A stretch of DNA of 64,000 nucleotides from Hyphomicrobium sp. (GCA_965222835.1 CBDCUQ010000001.1:195925-259924); one strand, 5' to 3'; numbered from the stretch's first letter, positions 29,197-38,976 are shown. Program-made: numbers and translations. Notes: generated by a model from the sequence alone, not told the origin.

Positions 29197-30302
29197 ATTG
29201 AGACCTTTCGTGTTAAGAGCGCCCGAGAAAGGCTGGACGTATCCGGAGCCGGCCGCCGGGAGCGATCCGCACAAGCGCACACTACGCTCTGCGTATCGGC
29301 CCGTTCGTGAGCCCGGCGGATGTTGTCGAGAAAGAGCCGCGCGGCGTTTTCCCATGTGAAGGTGAGCCCATGCGCACGCGCATCGGCTTTCTTGAGCTCA
29401 AGTGCCGCGCGTGCCGCCACCGCAAGATTCCAATCGAGAACACCACTCCGGCCGTTGGCGACAACGTCGATCGGCCCCGTGACAGGATAGGCCGCAATGG
29501 GAAGCCCGCAGGCCATGGCCTCGAGCAACACCAGGCCAAAGGTGTCGGTTTGACTTGGAAAGACGAAGACGTCGGCCGACGCATAATGGCGCGCTAAATC
29601 CTCTCCGGTTTTCTTGCCGGTGAAAATCACATCAGGATAGCGGCGCTTCAGAAATTCCAGATGCGGCCCACCACCGACAACCGCCTTGACGCCAGGCAAA
29701 TCCACATCGAGAAAGGCCTCGATATTTTTCTCGCGAGAGACACGGCCGGCATAAAGGAACACCGGAGCCTGACGACCGAAAATCCGATCCTTGCGCGGAC
29801 GAAAGAGGTCGTGATCGACACCACGGCTCCACGGCATCAGACGCTGGAAGCCGCGCTCAGACAGGTCCACCGCAAGCGAAGCTGTCGCCACCATGATCCC
29901 CAAGCTCGGAGCATGAAACCGCGACAAAACGCTGTACGTCCACGATTTGGGAACCCGCAACCAGGCGGACGCATACTCCGGAAATTTCGTGTGATAGCTG
30001 GTCGTAAACGACCGCCGGTTTCTGAGGCAGTAGCCCCGCGCCATCCAACCGACCGGCCCTTCCGTCGCGATGTGAATAAAGTCCGGCGCCAATTCGTCAA
30101 TACGGGCGACAGCCCTGCGACGCGATGGAAGTGCGAATTGGATTTCGGGATAACCAGGACACGTGACGCGGCGGAAATCATCCGGCGTGAGGAAGAGGAG
30201 CTCCGCGCCAAAGGCCGCAACTTCGTCTCGAAGCCGCCGATATGTCTGCACGACGCCATTCACCTGAGGAGGCCAGGCGTCGGTGGCGACCAATATCCGC
30301 AT
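29193..30302 (-). CDS. GT4 (family 1) glycosyltransferase, Agt/Pgt-like glycolipid synthase candidate
   Basis: 'MRILVATDAWPPQVNGVV' and the E-x7-E region 'FPSQTDTFGLVLLEAMACGLP'. Starts 1 nt after the stop of the upstream gene. Confidence 0.8.
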   Translation of the reverse strand: MRILVATDAWPPQVNGVVQTYRRLRDEVAAFGAELLFLTPDDFRRVTCPGYPEIQFALPSRRRAVARIDELAPDFIHIATEGPVGWMARGYCLRNRRSFTTSYHTKFPEYASAWLRVPKSWTYSVLSRFHAPSLGIMVATASLAVDLSERGFQRLMPWSRGVDHDLFRPRKDRIFGRQAPVFLYAGRVSREKNIEAFLDVDLPGVKAVVGGGPHLEFLKRRYPDVIFTGKKTGEDLARHYASADVFVFPSQTDTFGLVLLEAMACGLPIAAYPVTGPIDVVANGRSGVLDWNLAVAARAALELKKADARAHGLTFTWENAARLFLDNIRRAHERADTQSVVCACADRSRRPAPDTSSLSRALLTRKVSI

Positions 30303-30303
30303 G

Positions 30304-31140
30304 CTAAGCCGCTGCTGGCAAAGCGGGCTCGCGGCTCGACTCCTGCGCGTCCGAAGACTCGAAGTCTCCCCAGCGTAGAATCGAGAACTCACCCGTAGCG
30401 TTTTCCACAATTGCGGTCCGGCTTTCCACCCAATCACCGCAGTTCAAGTAGTGCACGCCGCCAATCATGCGGCTCGCGGCGTGGTGTATGTGCCCGCAGA
30501 TGATGCCGTCTACCTCACGCCGCCTTGCCGCCTCGGCGAGATTCTCCTCAAATTCACCGATGAAATTGACGGCAGTTTTGACGCGGTGTTTCAGAAACGT
30601 CGAAAGCGACCAGTAGCCATAACCCAGCCGGCGCCGGATCCAATTGAGCGGCGCGTTCGTCCAGAGCGCCAACTCATATGAGCGGTCGCCCAGGAACGCC
30701 AGCCAGCGCGCATATCGGACGACAACATCAAACTCATCTCCATGCATCACGATATAGCGGCGGCCATCGGCTGTCGTGTGCAGCGTGTCCCGCACGATTT
30801 CGATGCCGCCGAATGCATGCCCACAGAAGTCGCGCAGCGCCTCATCGTGGTTGCCTGGGATGAAAATAATACGAGTGCCCTTTCGCGCCTTGCGCAAGAG
30901 CTTCTGCAACACATCGTTATGGGCTTGCGGCCAGTGCGGCCCCCGCCTAACCCTCCAGAAATCGACGATATCACCAACCAGATAGATGATGTCGGCATCA
31001 ACGTGTTTCAGAAAATCGAGGAGTGCAATGGCTTGGGAGGCTCGAGCCCCAAGATGGACGTCGGATATGAACACCGACCGATACTGCCTTGCCGGCTCGC
31101 CCGCGTCACTCACCGCGTGCCCTTTCCCCTGACCTATCAT
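30304..31140 (-). CDS. LpxH-like metallophosphoesterase, PlcP-type phospholipase C candidate
   Basis: Calcineurin-like motifs 'ISDVHLG', 'VGDIVD', 'PGNHDE', 'MHGDEFD' and 'CGHIHH'. An alternative GTG start lies at 31113. The PlcP role is inferred from context. Confidence 0.8.
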   Translation of the reverse strand: MIGQGKGHAVSDAGEPARQYRSVFISDVHLGARASQAIALLDFLKHVDADIIYLVGDIVDFWRVRRGPHWPQAHNDVLQKLLRKARKGTRIIFIPGNHDEALRDFCGHAFGGIEIVRDTLHTTADGRRYIVMHGDEFDVVVRYARWLAFLGDRSYELALWTNAPLNWIRRRLGYGYWSLSTFLKHRVKTAVNFIGEFEENLAEAARRREVDGIICGHIHHAASRMIGGVHYLNCGDWVESRTAIVENATGEFSILRWGDFESSDAQESSREPALPAAA

Positions 31141-31164
31141 TTGCCGGGAGAGAACAGGAGTCGT

Positions 31165-31182
31165 ATTTCAGCCGTGTGACAG
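31165..31182 (-). promoter_or_regulatory. Candidate Pho box (PhoB site) upstream of the lipid-remodelling operon
   Basis: The minus strand reads CTGTCAC-ACGG-CTGAAAT, against the alphaproteobacterial consensus CTGTCAT-N4-CTGTCAT. It lies 24 nt upstream of ATG 31140. Confidence 0.35.
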
Positions 31183-31267
31183 GTATGGAGAAACGTTGCC
31201 GCAGGCACCATAAATTTGGGGCCCGGCTACAGCCGGGCCCCGAACTAGCGATGCAGCTCTGTTTGGT

Positions 31268-32476
31268 CTACTCCGCGATATAGACCTCGCCGTCCGTTGC
31301 GGTAGGGCTCTTGGTCACAACCGTGATCTTCTCATCAGCAGGCGAAAGATCGACATCGAGCTCGTTGAGCGACAGCTGGTTGACGACCAACGTCAACTGA
31401 TGGCCATCGATGCCAGATTTCGCATTGAGTGTCAGATTGCGGCTTGGCAGGTAGATCAGGCCGGAAACCGTCGAACCGCTACCGTACGTGTCGTTCCATG
31501 AGAAGTTGGATTTACCGAGGCCCGCCGCCTCGAACATCAGAATCCCGGTGTAGTCGCCGCTTGTCGGCGGGGACAGGTCTAGTGAAACGCCGCTGTTGAA
31601 TTCGATATTCGAGTCATCAGCAAAGAAGAACGTCACGCCTTCACCGTCCCAAGTACCACCGCTCACATTCCAGCCGCCGTTTTTGATGACGTACGTGCCT
31701 GGAGCGAAATTGACCTTCGGCGAGCTGTTGAAGTTGAACAGTCCGCAGTAAACGCCGGGCTTCAGATTAACGGTGCCGCCCTTGTAGCTCTTTGCGTTGT
31801 AGTCGCAGGTCGCAGACGCCGGCTCGGTGAACGCGCCGGCGTACGGATCGTCTGCGGTATCGCAGCCCAACTCAAGATTGTCATGCGTACCGCCGTTATC
31901 CGAGATCTTGGTGCTCTCGATACAAATCCTCGAACTCTCGACATAAGACCCGTTGCTAAACTTGGCTGCGGGATTTGCCGTCGACTTCACGTGAATTTCG
32001 CAATCCGGCGCAACCACGTCGGTCTTGCCGGTAACTGAAAACGTGTTTTTGGCCGTCTCGTCCAGAACCAGAACGCAAACGTCGCCGTATGCCAACAAGC
32101 CCGTCGACGCATACGCCTCGACCGGTAGCGTCTTATAACCCATAAGCGCGGTCAAAGTCGCCGGAACGGTTGCCGTCGCCGTCCCCGTTACGACTTTGTT
32201 GCCCGTCGCCGTGATATCAACTGAGACGTTTTCGGCAATGCCGCTCGCAAAGTTTGCATTGAAGAACTTCTTGCCAGCTTCTTTCTGCTCATCTGCGGTG
32301 GCGTCAAGGTTGGCCGCGGCCAACACGGCCGCATCCAGCGACTGTTGCAGCGCTGTTTGAACATTCTTGGCTCGCGAAAAGTCGATACCCAGTCCTGCAG
32401 CAACGGCCACACCAAGAAGCACGAGACCGAACGTCATTGCGACAGCGCCGTCCACATCGCGACGCAACGATTTCAT
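31268..32476 (-). CDS. TadE/TadG-family (Flp pilus-associated) protein
   Basis: N-terminus 'MKSLRRDVDGAVAMTFGLVLLGVAVAAGLGIDFSR' is the typical TadG-like pseudopilin leader. The start was re-picked; the ORF extends to 32584. Confidence 0.65.
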   Translation of the reverse strand: MKSLRRDVDGAVAMTFGLVLLGVAVAAGLGIDFSRAKNVQTALQQSLDAAVLAAANLDATADEQKEAGKKFFNANFASGIAENVSVDITATGNKVVTGTATATVPATLTALMGYKTLPVEAYASTGLLAYGDVCVLVLDETAKNTFSVTGKTDVVAPDCEIHVKSTANPAAKFSNGSYVESSRICIESTKISDNGGTHDNLELGCDTADDPYAGAFTEPASATCDYNAKSYKGGTVNLKPGVYCGLFNFNSSPKVNFAPGTYVIKNGGWNVSGGTWDGEGVTFFFADDSNIEFNSGVSLDLSPPTSGDYTGILMFEAAGLGKSNFSWNDTYGSGSTVSGLIYLPSRNLTLNAKSGIDGHQLTLVVNQLSLNELDVDLSPADEKITVVTKSPTATDGEVYIAE

Positions 32477-32826
32477 GCTGCGCAGGCCAACACCGAAAGT
32501 GCGCACCAATGAACTGCCAGAAGACCACATAAACATTGCACCAATTTCCGATCGCTTTTGCGGGATATGACAGCCCAAAATCACACGCGAGTGGATAACA
32601 ACCGATTTATGCGACGGGTGCAGAATGATAGTTCTAATTTACTGGTAAATCGCGAGAAAACGAGATTCTTACAATCTGATTAGAATTCGTCGAGAACTCT
32701 ACGCGTGTGTCCCGGCAACACGTCTAGCTACCAATCCTTAGAACGTAAGCGCAGCCCCGCGCCGCACCAGCGGCGTGCAAATTTCGATTGTCTATTTTTG
32801 TGTGCCGATAACGAACACAGTCCCGG

Positions 32827-33813
32827 TCAGCAGCAGCCACCACCATCGTAGAAATACGTCGAATCCGACACGTAAATGTCGTCCCGGCCAAGTCCAAGCA
32901 ACGCCTTGGCTGTCTTATCGCAAACCGCTAACGGCTGGTTCTGCGCCAGTGTGTGCCCCTTCCTGTCGTCGAAGAGGTCGTCGCTGCCGTAGTAGATGGC
33001 GGTCCGCCCGGTAAAGACGCACGGGCCATCAGCCGGCATCGGGTCCTTGATGGCCGCGATCTCCACGCTTTCAATCGGAATAAGGCTGTCGACATCGAAG
33101 TGGCGCGGGGACAGCAATCGGTATGGGCGCTTGGCCCGCACTTCGATAGTGCCAAATCCAATGTCCGCCAGACGCTTGACGTAGTCTGCAAGCGGGATCG
33201 CGCCCGTCAAACACATCGCACGCAGCCGTTCGTCATTTCTGACGTTCTCCGGCATCGGCACGTCGCACACCGGATCCGAAAGTACGAGCTTTCCACGTGG
33301 CTTCAGCACCCGGTACATTTCTGACAGCGCGCGCTTCAGATCGTCGTCGTGGAAGATGTTAAACAAGCAATTCTGCGCGGCAATATCGACGGTGTCGTTG
33401 TCGATCGGCAAGTTTAGGGCATCACCCTTGCGAAGATCGACAAAGTCGCGGCGAAACCAGTCATTCTTGCGCTCCGCTTCGACAAGGTTCTCGTCGCAAG
33501 CAACAAGCATCTCGTCAACGACATCAAGTCCAATGACACCGCCCGCACGCCGACTGAAATAGGAGAATTGAAGAACCTCCATGCCACCGCCAACGCCGAC
33601 GTAGAGGATTGTCGGAGAACTGACGAGGTCGCGCGGGTTCACAGTCGAACCGCAGCCATAGTTCATCTCCAGCATACGCGGCGGAAGTGTCAGCGCGGGA
33701 AGTTGCCAGATCGGCGTCGTCGTACAGCACAGGCCTTCCTGCGGAGAGAGAGCGGCCTCCTTGTAAACGTCGCGAGTAACCGAATGATAGTGCTGCGTCA
33801 TACTAGGAACCAA
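32827..33813 (-). CDS. ArsM-like (arsenite S-adenosylmethionine methyltransferase family) protein
   Basis: 'LCCTT', 'NYGCGS', 'LYVGVGGGMEV', 'VIGLDVVDEML', 'RVLKPRGKLVLSD' and 'MCLTGA' line up with the ArsM Cys and SAM motifs. It has an unusual 'GGGCC' C-terminus. An alternative start lies at 33801. Confidence 0.7.
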   Translation of the reverse strand: MVPSMTQHYHSVTRDVYKEAALSPQEGLCCTTTPIWQLPALTLPPRMLEMNYGCGSTVNPRDLVSSPTILYVGVGGGMEVLQFSYFSRRAGGVIGLDVVDEMLVACDENLVEAERKNDWFRRDFVDLRKGDALNLPIDNDTVDIAAQNCLFNIFHDDDLKRALSEMYRVLKPRGKLVLSDPVCDVPMPENVRNDERLRAMCLTGAIPLADYVKRLADIGFGTIEVRAKRPYRLLSPRHFDVDSLIPIESVEIAAIKDPMPADGPCVFTGRTAIYYGSDDLFDDRKGHTLAQNQPLAVCDKTAKALLGLGRDDIYVSDSTYFYDGGGCC

Positions 33814-34936
33814 GGTTTGCAGAGATCGTATATGTCAGCGCTGCGACCATAGCGGCAATCGGGAGCGTCAGCACCCAGGAAAGTAGAATATTCCCGATCA
33901 CGCCAAGCCGTGCCGTGCCGTTGATGAGGCCGATTCCTGTTATAGTCCCGACGGTTACATGGGTGGTTGACACCGGCAGCCCGAGCTTGCTGGCGCCGAT
34001 AATATAAGCTGAAGCGACAAGATTGGCCACCAGGGCCTGTCCCTCGTTCATTGTGGTAATCTCTTTGCTCATCTTCTCGGCGACCTTTCGTGCCGCAACA
34101 ATACCGCCAGCCGCCATCACGCCTGCAATTAGTACGAGAGATAAATGCACGTCGAGCAGGCTTGCGGCAAACAGAAGCGCAAAGATTTTGGGCGTATCAT
34201 TGAGCCCACGTGCAAAGCAAAGCGAAAACGCACTGAGATAATGCAGCCTATCGACAAGTCCCTGGACCGGAACACCGAGTAGGTGCCCCTGGTAACTCTC
34301 GTAGCGCCCGCAGCTTTCGGTCGTTCCGGTCGAAACGACCGGAACGAAGCCCGAGACCGACCTCGAAACCAGACCATTGGGATCGGCAAGAACACCATCG
34401 GCCGGAACCGCATCTATGCAAACGCACGAGTCTTTTGTGAGATTATTCTTCACGACGAAACGATGCGCAATCGCATAGAGAGGCATTGCGCTGATACCCG
34501 CCAGCACGGGGCTCATAACCAAGGGAGCAAAAAATGACTGACCGAGCACGGAAATATCGAGGCCCCCTGCATTTGCTATTAATGCGGCACCAATGAGCGC
34601 CCCGGTTAGGGCGTGCGTCGTCGAGATCGGGAATCCAAGTGTTGTCGCAAGCATGACCGTCGCACTCGCGCCCAAGCCAACGGACATCAGAAATGGAACA
34701 GACGCCGAAATCTCGGGCGGCACCAATCCCTTGCCCGAAAAAGCCTTGATCAAAGCATCAGCCAGGAGCACCGACATGGCCGAGCCGGCGATCTGACCAG
34801 CTGTCGCCAAGATAAGCGCTGAACTGTAAGACAGCGTGCCACTTCCATAGAGCGTCGCCACACCTTTGAAGTTGTCATTAGCCCCATTCGCATACGCGAG
34901 AAATAGCGCAACTGTCAGAAGTAGAAAGAACAGCAA
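33803..34936 (-). CDS. PiT-family inorganic phosphate (or anion) transporter
   Basis: 'AYANGANDNFKGVATLYGSG' and the second 'FARGLNDTPKI' PHO4 repeat. TTG start at 34934-34936 preceded by GAAGGGG; the ORF is open to 35041. Confidence 0.8.
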   Translation of the reverse strand: MLFFLLLTVALFLAYANGANDNFKGVATLYGSGTLSYSSALILATAGQIAGSAMSVLLADALIKAFSGKGLVPPEISASVPFLMSVGLGASATVMLATTLGFPISTTHALTGALIGAALIANAGGLDISVLGQSFFAPLVMSPVLAGISAMPLYAIAHRFVVKNNLTKDSCVCIDAVPADGVLADPNGLVSRSVSGFVPVVSTGTTESCGRYESYQGHLLGVPVQGLVDRLHYLSAFSLCFARGLNDTPKIFALLFAASLLDVHLSLVLIAGVMAAGGIVAARKVAEKMSKEITTMNEGQALVANLVASAYIIGASKLGLPVSTTHVTVGTITGIGLINGTARLGVIGNILLSWVLTLPIAAMVAALTYTISANLGS

Positions 34937-35256
34937 GACATTCCCCTTCTCAGTGCAACTTGGCTGCAATCCTGCGAGAAGTCTTCCCCTGACCGCTCGC
35001 CTCACGCTCTGCCGGGCGGAATCGGCTAACAGCCCTGACAATTGGAAGAAATACGACCTTGGATCCGCAGAACCCGCACAGTATCGTTGCGCACTTCATT
35101 CCATTGCCGGAAGCCACTGTGACGGATCAAACCTCACACTGGCCAGCCCATTTCGTCATACGGGCGAGAGGACGTTTGAGTTTCAAAGGGAATGCTCAAT
35201 GAGAAGCACTTCGTTCTCACGCCCCCGATCCATCCGTCGAAAAAAGGCGCTCGCAA

Positions 35257-36432
35257 CTAGGTCGCATCGTGATTGACCGCCTCGAACAAGGCAGCGCATC
35301 CCAGACCGCCGAGCGTCCCGAGTGCAGCAAGTCCGTACCGGGGACGAGTCTCGCTCACGTTTCGCAGCAACCGGCTGAACAGACGCACGACAAGAACGGC
35401 ACCCGCCGCCCCAAACGGATGCCCGCGTGCTACGGCGCCGCCATCGGCATTAAGCTGGCCGTCGGCAAGGGCCAACGCACGGGAAAAAGCGATCGCCTGC
35501 GCCGCACTGCTCTCGCTGATCTCAACGGTCCCTATATCACCAATCGACGGACAGCCGGGCCGGCCGAGAAGACGTTGCACGGCCGCAATCGGGGCTTGAG
35601 CCTCTGCGCCTCCTGTCACACCAATGGCAACAGACGAAATGAGCCGAACAGCAGGTGGAGACCCCATAGCCTCCCACGTTGCACCCGAAACACCCGCCAC
35701 GAATGCCGCGCCGTCATGCATCGCGCTGGTATTTCCCGGAGTGAGCGTACCATCTGGTGGCAGAAACGGCGTGACGTCCGCGATGTCCTCCAAGCTGGTA
35801 TCGATGGCACTTTGATCGCGCATTTCTTCGGCGTTGCCGCGCAAAGGGACGATTTCCCCGACAAACCTGTTGGCCTCCCGGGCCGCCGTGGCCTTGGTGT
35901 ACTCGGACCAGGCGAAGTCGTCCTGCTCTTTACGCGAAATGCCGTTCGACGCTGCTAGGCGCTCGCCAGGCTCGTGCAAGGTTGAACTCTCAAGATTGCC
36001 TTCATCGCCGGGCTCGATACGCATGAAACGCGGCAGCTGATAGATGCTCCGCGGTTTCGCGATACGCCAAGGCGCAGTGGACAAGCTTTCTGCACCGCCG
36101 GCAACGATCACGTCGGCTTCGCCGGCTTCGATGGCGCGTAACCCGGCAACGATCGCGTCGAGTCCCGACGCGCACTGCCGGTCCAGACTAAGCGCGGCGC
36201 AGCTGTCCGGAAGTCCGGCGCCAAGTGAGATAACGCGTGCCGGGTTGCCGCCCTCAGTGGCGTTGCCGACGAAAATCGCACCGACGTCCTGCGAAGTAAG
36301 CTGCGCATCAGTGATGACAGCGCCGACCACGGGCGCCGCCAGATCCGTGAGCCGCCTTGATCTGTGCAAGCCACCAGGACGGCCCAACGCCGTGCGGCGG
36401 GCGGCAATGATGTAGGATGTCTTGTCTGTCAT
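35257..36432 (-). CDS. Thiolase (acetyl-CoA C-acyltransferase)
   Basis: 'IIAARRTALGR', active-site 'LDRQCASGLDAI' and C-terminal 'GHPFGAAGA' and 'GGLGCAALFE'. Start at MTDKTS; the upstream 194 codons of the ORF were rejected. Confidence 0.9.
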   Translation of the reverse strand: MTDKTSYIIAARRTALGRPGGLHRSRRLTDLAAPVVGAVITDAQLTSQDVGAIFVGNATEGGNPARVISLGAGLPDSCAALSLDRQCASGLDAIVAGLRAIEAGEADVIVAGGAESLSTAPWRIAKPRSIYQLPRFMRIEPGDEGNLESSTLHEPGERLAASNGISRKEQDDFAWSEYTKATAAREANRFVGEIVPLRGNAEEMRDQSAIDTSLEDIADVTPFLPPDGTLTPGNTSAMHDGAAFVAGVSGATWEAMGSPPAVRLISSVAIGVTGGAEAQAPIAAVQRLLGRPGCPSIGDIGTVEISESSAAQAIAFSRALALADGQLNADGGAVARGHPFGAAGAVLVVRLFSRLLRNVSETRPRYGLAALGTLGGLGCAALFEAVNHDAT

Positions 36433-36690
36433 TGCCGCAAGAAATGGCGCGCTGGCACGTGGATGGTGTGTTGACCCTCCGAGAGACCTGAGCCCCAGAA
36501 AGCGACAAGAGCGTGGCCACCCGCCCGCTTGTGTAACAATATAACAAAACGGCAAGCAACCCGTATTGTCGGGGTTCCACATACATCGTCGGAACACGGA
36601 AAGATGTAGCGACGGTACGGGCGCGGCGCAAAATTTATATGGTATAATGTTCCGAAATCCACCGTAACGGCGCGAGGTCCGAAGGCGACG

Positions 36691-37197
36691 ATGGCCGAAA
36701 CAACCGTGAGAAACCCCTTTCCGGGGCCCGAGCAGCAAACAGCAAAAAAGCTCGCGCAAATTGTCGAGCGCGCCGCCAAGGCATTTGAGGACAAGCAGCT
36801 CCGCTTCACCGCCTTGCGCAAAAAAGTGTTCGAGGAAATCGCAGCAACGCATTCTTCGATCGGTGCCTATGAGATTCTCGCCCGGCTCACCGAAAAGGGC
36901 ACCCGCGTCGCCCCCATCTCTGTCTACCGAGCCATCGACGCTCTGCTGGATGCCGGCGTCATTCACAGGCTGGAAAGCAAGAATGCGTTCTTCGCCTGCC
37001 GCCGCGCCGACCACACCACCGGTCGCCGGCCTTTGTTTCTATCGTGCGAAAAATGCGGCGCCGTCGGCGAAGTCGACGGCCAGGACATCTTCGATCTGAT
37101 CGGCGAGCGGGCCAAGAGTGCGAAATTCACGCCGCGCGTGAAATTCGTTGAGGTCCAGGGCATATGCCCACGATGTGCGACCAAGGACGGCAGTTGA
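36691..37197 (+). CDS. zur: Fur-family zinc uptake regulator
   Basis: Fur-family winged helix, plus 'CEKCG' and 'CPRC' metal sites. Lies directly upstream of znuCB. Confidence 0.8.
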   Translation: MAETTVRNPFPGPEQQTAKKLAQIVERAAKAFEDKQLRFTALRKKVFEEIAATHSSIGAYEILARLTEKGTRVAPISVYRAIDALLDAGVIHRLESKNAFFACRRADHTTGRRPLFLSCEKCGAVGEVDGQDIFDLIGERAKSAKFTPRVKFVEVQGICPRCATKDGS

Positions 37198-37339
37198 GAT
37201 CGCCAAATGCGAAGAACGCACAACCGCCCGTTCGTATCATTCACCGCATCCCCGCTCGAAACCCGGCCCGAATTGAAAGCGCGCCTTGATCCATCGAACG
37301 ACGCCGGGCGCATAGCCTAGCGTGCCAATACGGTTGGCC

Positions 37340-38182
37340 ATGTCAGACGTACACCACCCGGAAAATGACGATCATGCGTGCGGCCACCACCATGCCACAC
37401 CAGCCGAACCGGCGCCTGCGGACGCAATCGTAAGCCTGCGCGGGCTGAAGGTCCGCGCCGGTCGGCGCATCCTCATCGAGAACATCAATTTGGATCTCGC
37501 CCCGCGCGAAATCGTCACTATTGTCGGCCCCAACGGCTCGGGAAAAACAACACTCGTCCGCGCGCTCCTTGGCCTCATCGAACCCGACGAAGGCAAGATC
37601 CATCGTAAGCCTGGCTTGCGCGTCGGCTACGTGCCCCAAAGGTTCGACCTCAACCGCGCCCTGCCCATGACAGTGCGCAGGTTTCTCTCCTTAGGTGGCA
37701 CTGATCGTACGGCCGAGATCTCAAAGGTGCTTGCCGAAGCCGGCGCCGCCCATGTCGAAGGCCAACAAATGACCAGCCTGTCGGGCGGTGAGCTTCAACG
37801 CGTGGCGCTCGCCCGCGCCCTTCTCGGCAAACCGGATCTTCTCGTCCTCGACGAACCCGTGCAGGGCGTCGACTATGCCGGCGAGGCCGAACTCTATATG
37901 CTCATCACAAAACTCCGCGATAGCCGCGACATGAGCGTGTTGATGGTAAGCCACGACCTCCACGTCGTCATGGCCTCGAGCGACCGCGTCATCTGCTTGA
38001 ACCGCCATATCTGTTGTTCGGGCGTGCCCGAAACAGTCGCGCAGCATCCCGAATACGCCCGGCTGTTTGGAAAAGAGACCGGACGGGCTTTTGCGCTCTA
38101 TCATCATCACCACGACCACCGTCACGATTTGACTGGCGAATTGACCGATGCCTCTGGCCCTGCACCGGAGGACCCCTCGTGA
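37340..38182 (+). CDS. znuC: Zinc ABC transporter ATP-binding protein
   Basis: Walker A 'GPNGSGKTT', signature 'LSGGELQR' and Walker B 'LLVLDEP'. His-rich N- and C-termini ('HHPENDDHACGHHH', 'YHHHHDHRHD'). Confidence 0.85.
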   Translation: MSDVHHPENDDHACGHHHATPAEPAPADAIVSLRGLKVRAGRRILIENINLDLAPREIVTIVGPNGSGKTTLVRALLGLIEPDEGKIHRKPGLRVGYVPQRFDLNRALPMTVRRFLSLGGTDRTAEISKVLAEAGAAHVEGQQMTSLSGGELQRVALARALLGKPDLLVLDEPVQGVDYAGEAELYMLITKLRDSRDMSVLMVSHDLHVVMASSDRVICLNRHICCSGVPETVAQHPEYARLFGKETGRAFALYHHHHDHRHDLTGELTDASGPAPEDPS

Positions 38183-38976
38183 TCGATCCGTTCCTCGGCC
38201 GGGCCTTGGCCGCGTGCCTTGCGCTCGCGATTGTGGCCGCCCCGCTGGGGGCTGTGATCGTTTGGAGCCGCATGGCCTATTTCGGCGAAACAATCGCGCA
38301 CGCGTCTCTCATTGGTGTCGCACTCGCTCTTGCGCTTCAAGTGGACGTCACGGTTGGCGTCCTCATCGCGGCCCTCGCAGCCGCAGGTCTCATCATCCTC
38401 ATGTCCCGCCAAAACGCCGTTCCCCTCGATTCTATCTTGGGCCTGATGCACTACGGCGCATTGGCTTTGGGCGTTATTGCGGCCGCGATGCTCAAAGGCC
38501 CATCCGTCGACCTCATGGGCTATTTGTTCGGCGATGTCCTGGCCATCACCATGCGCGATCTCGTTTGGATTTATGCCGGCGGTGGTGGCGTTCTCGTCGC
38601 GGTCTATATCTTATGGGACAAACTCTTGCGCCTTGCCGTCCACGACGAACTTGCCGCGGCCGAAGGCGTGCCGTCCACCGTCATACGCGGATTGTTCGTC
38701 GCACTGCTCGCGATTGCCATCGCCTTCGCCATAAAGATCGTGGGAATACTCCTCGCCATCGCCTTCTTAATTGTCCCGGCCGTTGCCGCGCGCCCGTTAG
38801 TCTCGACTCCTGAAGGCATGGTCCTGACGGCGGCGGCCGCCGGCAGCGCAAGTACACTCGCGGGCCTCTGGTTGTCCGCAGCCTACGATGTGCCCGCAGG
38901 GCCCGCCATTGTCGTCGTCATGGCGGCCCTCGCCGCCGCCTCGCTCACTTGGACGGCCCTTGGAACCCGACGCTAA
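38179..38976 (+). CDS. znuB: Zinc ABC transporter permease
   Basis: ABC-3 family polytopic permease. GTGA overlap with the znuC stop. Confidence 0.85.
   Translation: MIDPFLGRALAACLALAIVAAPLGAVIVWSRMAYFGETIAHASLIGVALALALQVDVTVGVLIAALAAAGLIILMSRQNAVPLDSILGLMHYGALALGVIAAAMLKGPSVDLMGYLFGDVLAITMRDLVWIYAGGGGVLVAVYILWDKLLRLAVHDELAAAEGVPSTVIRGLFVALLAIAIAFAIKIVGILLAIAFLIVPAVAARPLVSTPEGMVLTAAAAGSASTLAGLWLSAAYDVPAGPAIVVVMAALAAASLTWTALGTRR

Noticed and set aside
35257-37014. The full 585-aa ORF as the thiolase gene.
   Set aside because: Thiolase homology begins at 'MTDKTSYIIAARR' (ATG at 36432). The upstream 194 codons are low-complexity, overlap the zur gene on the opposite strand, and run through an obvious promoter region.
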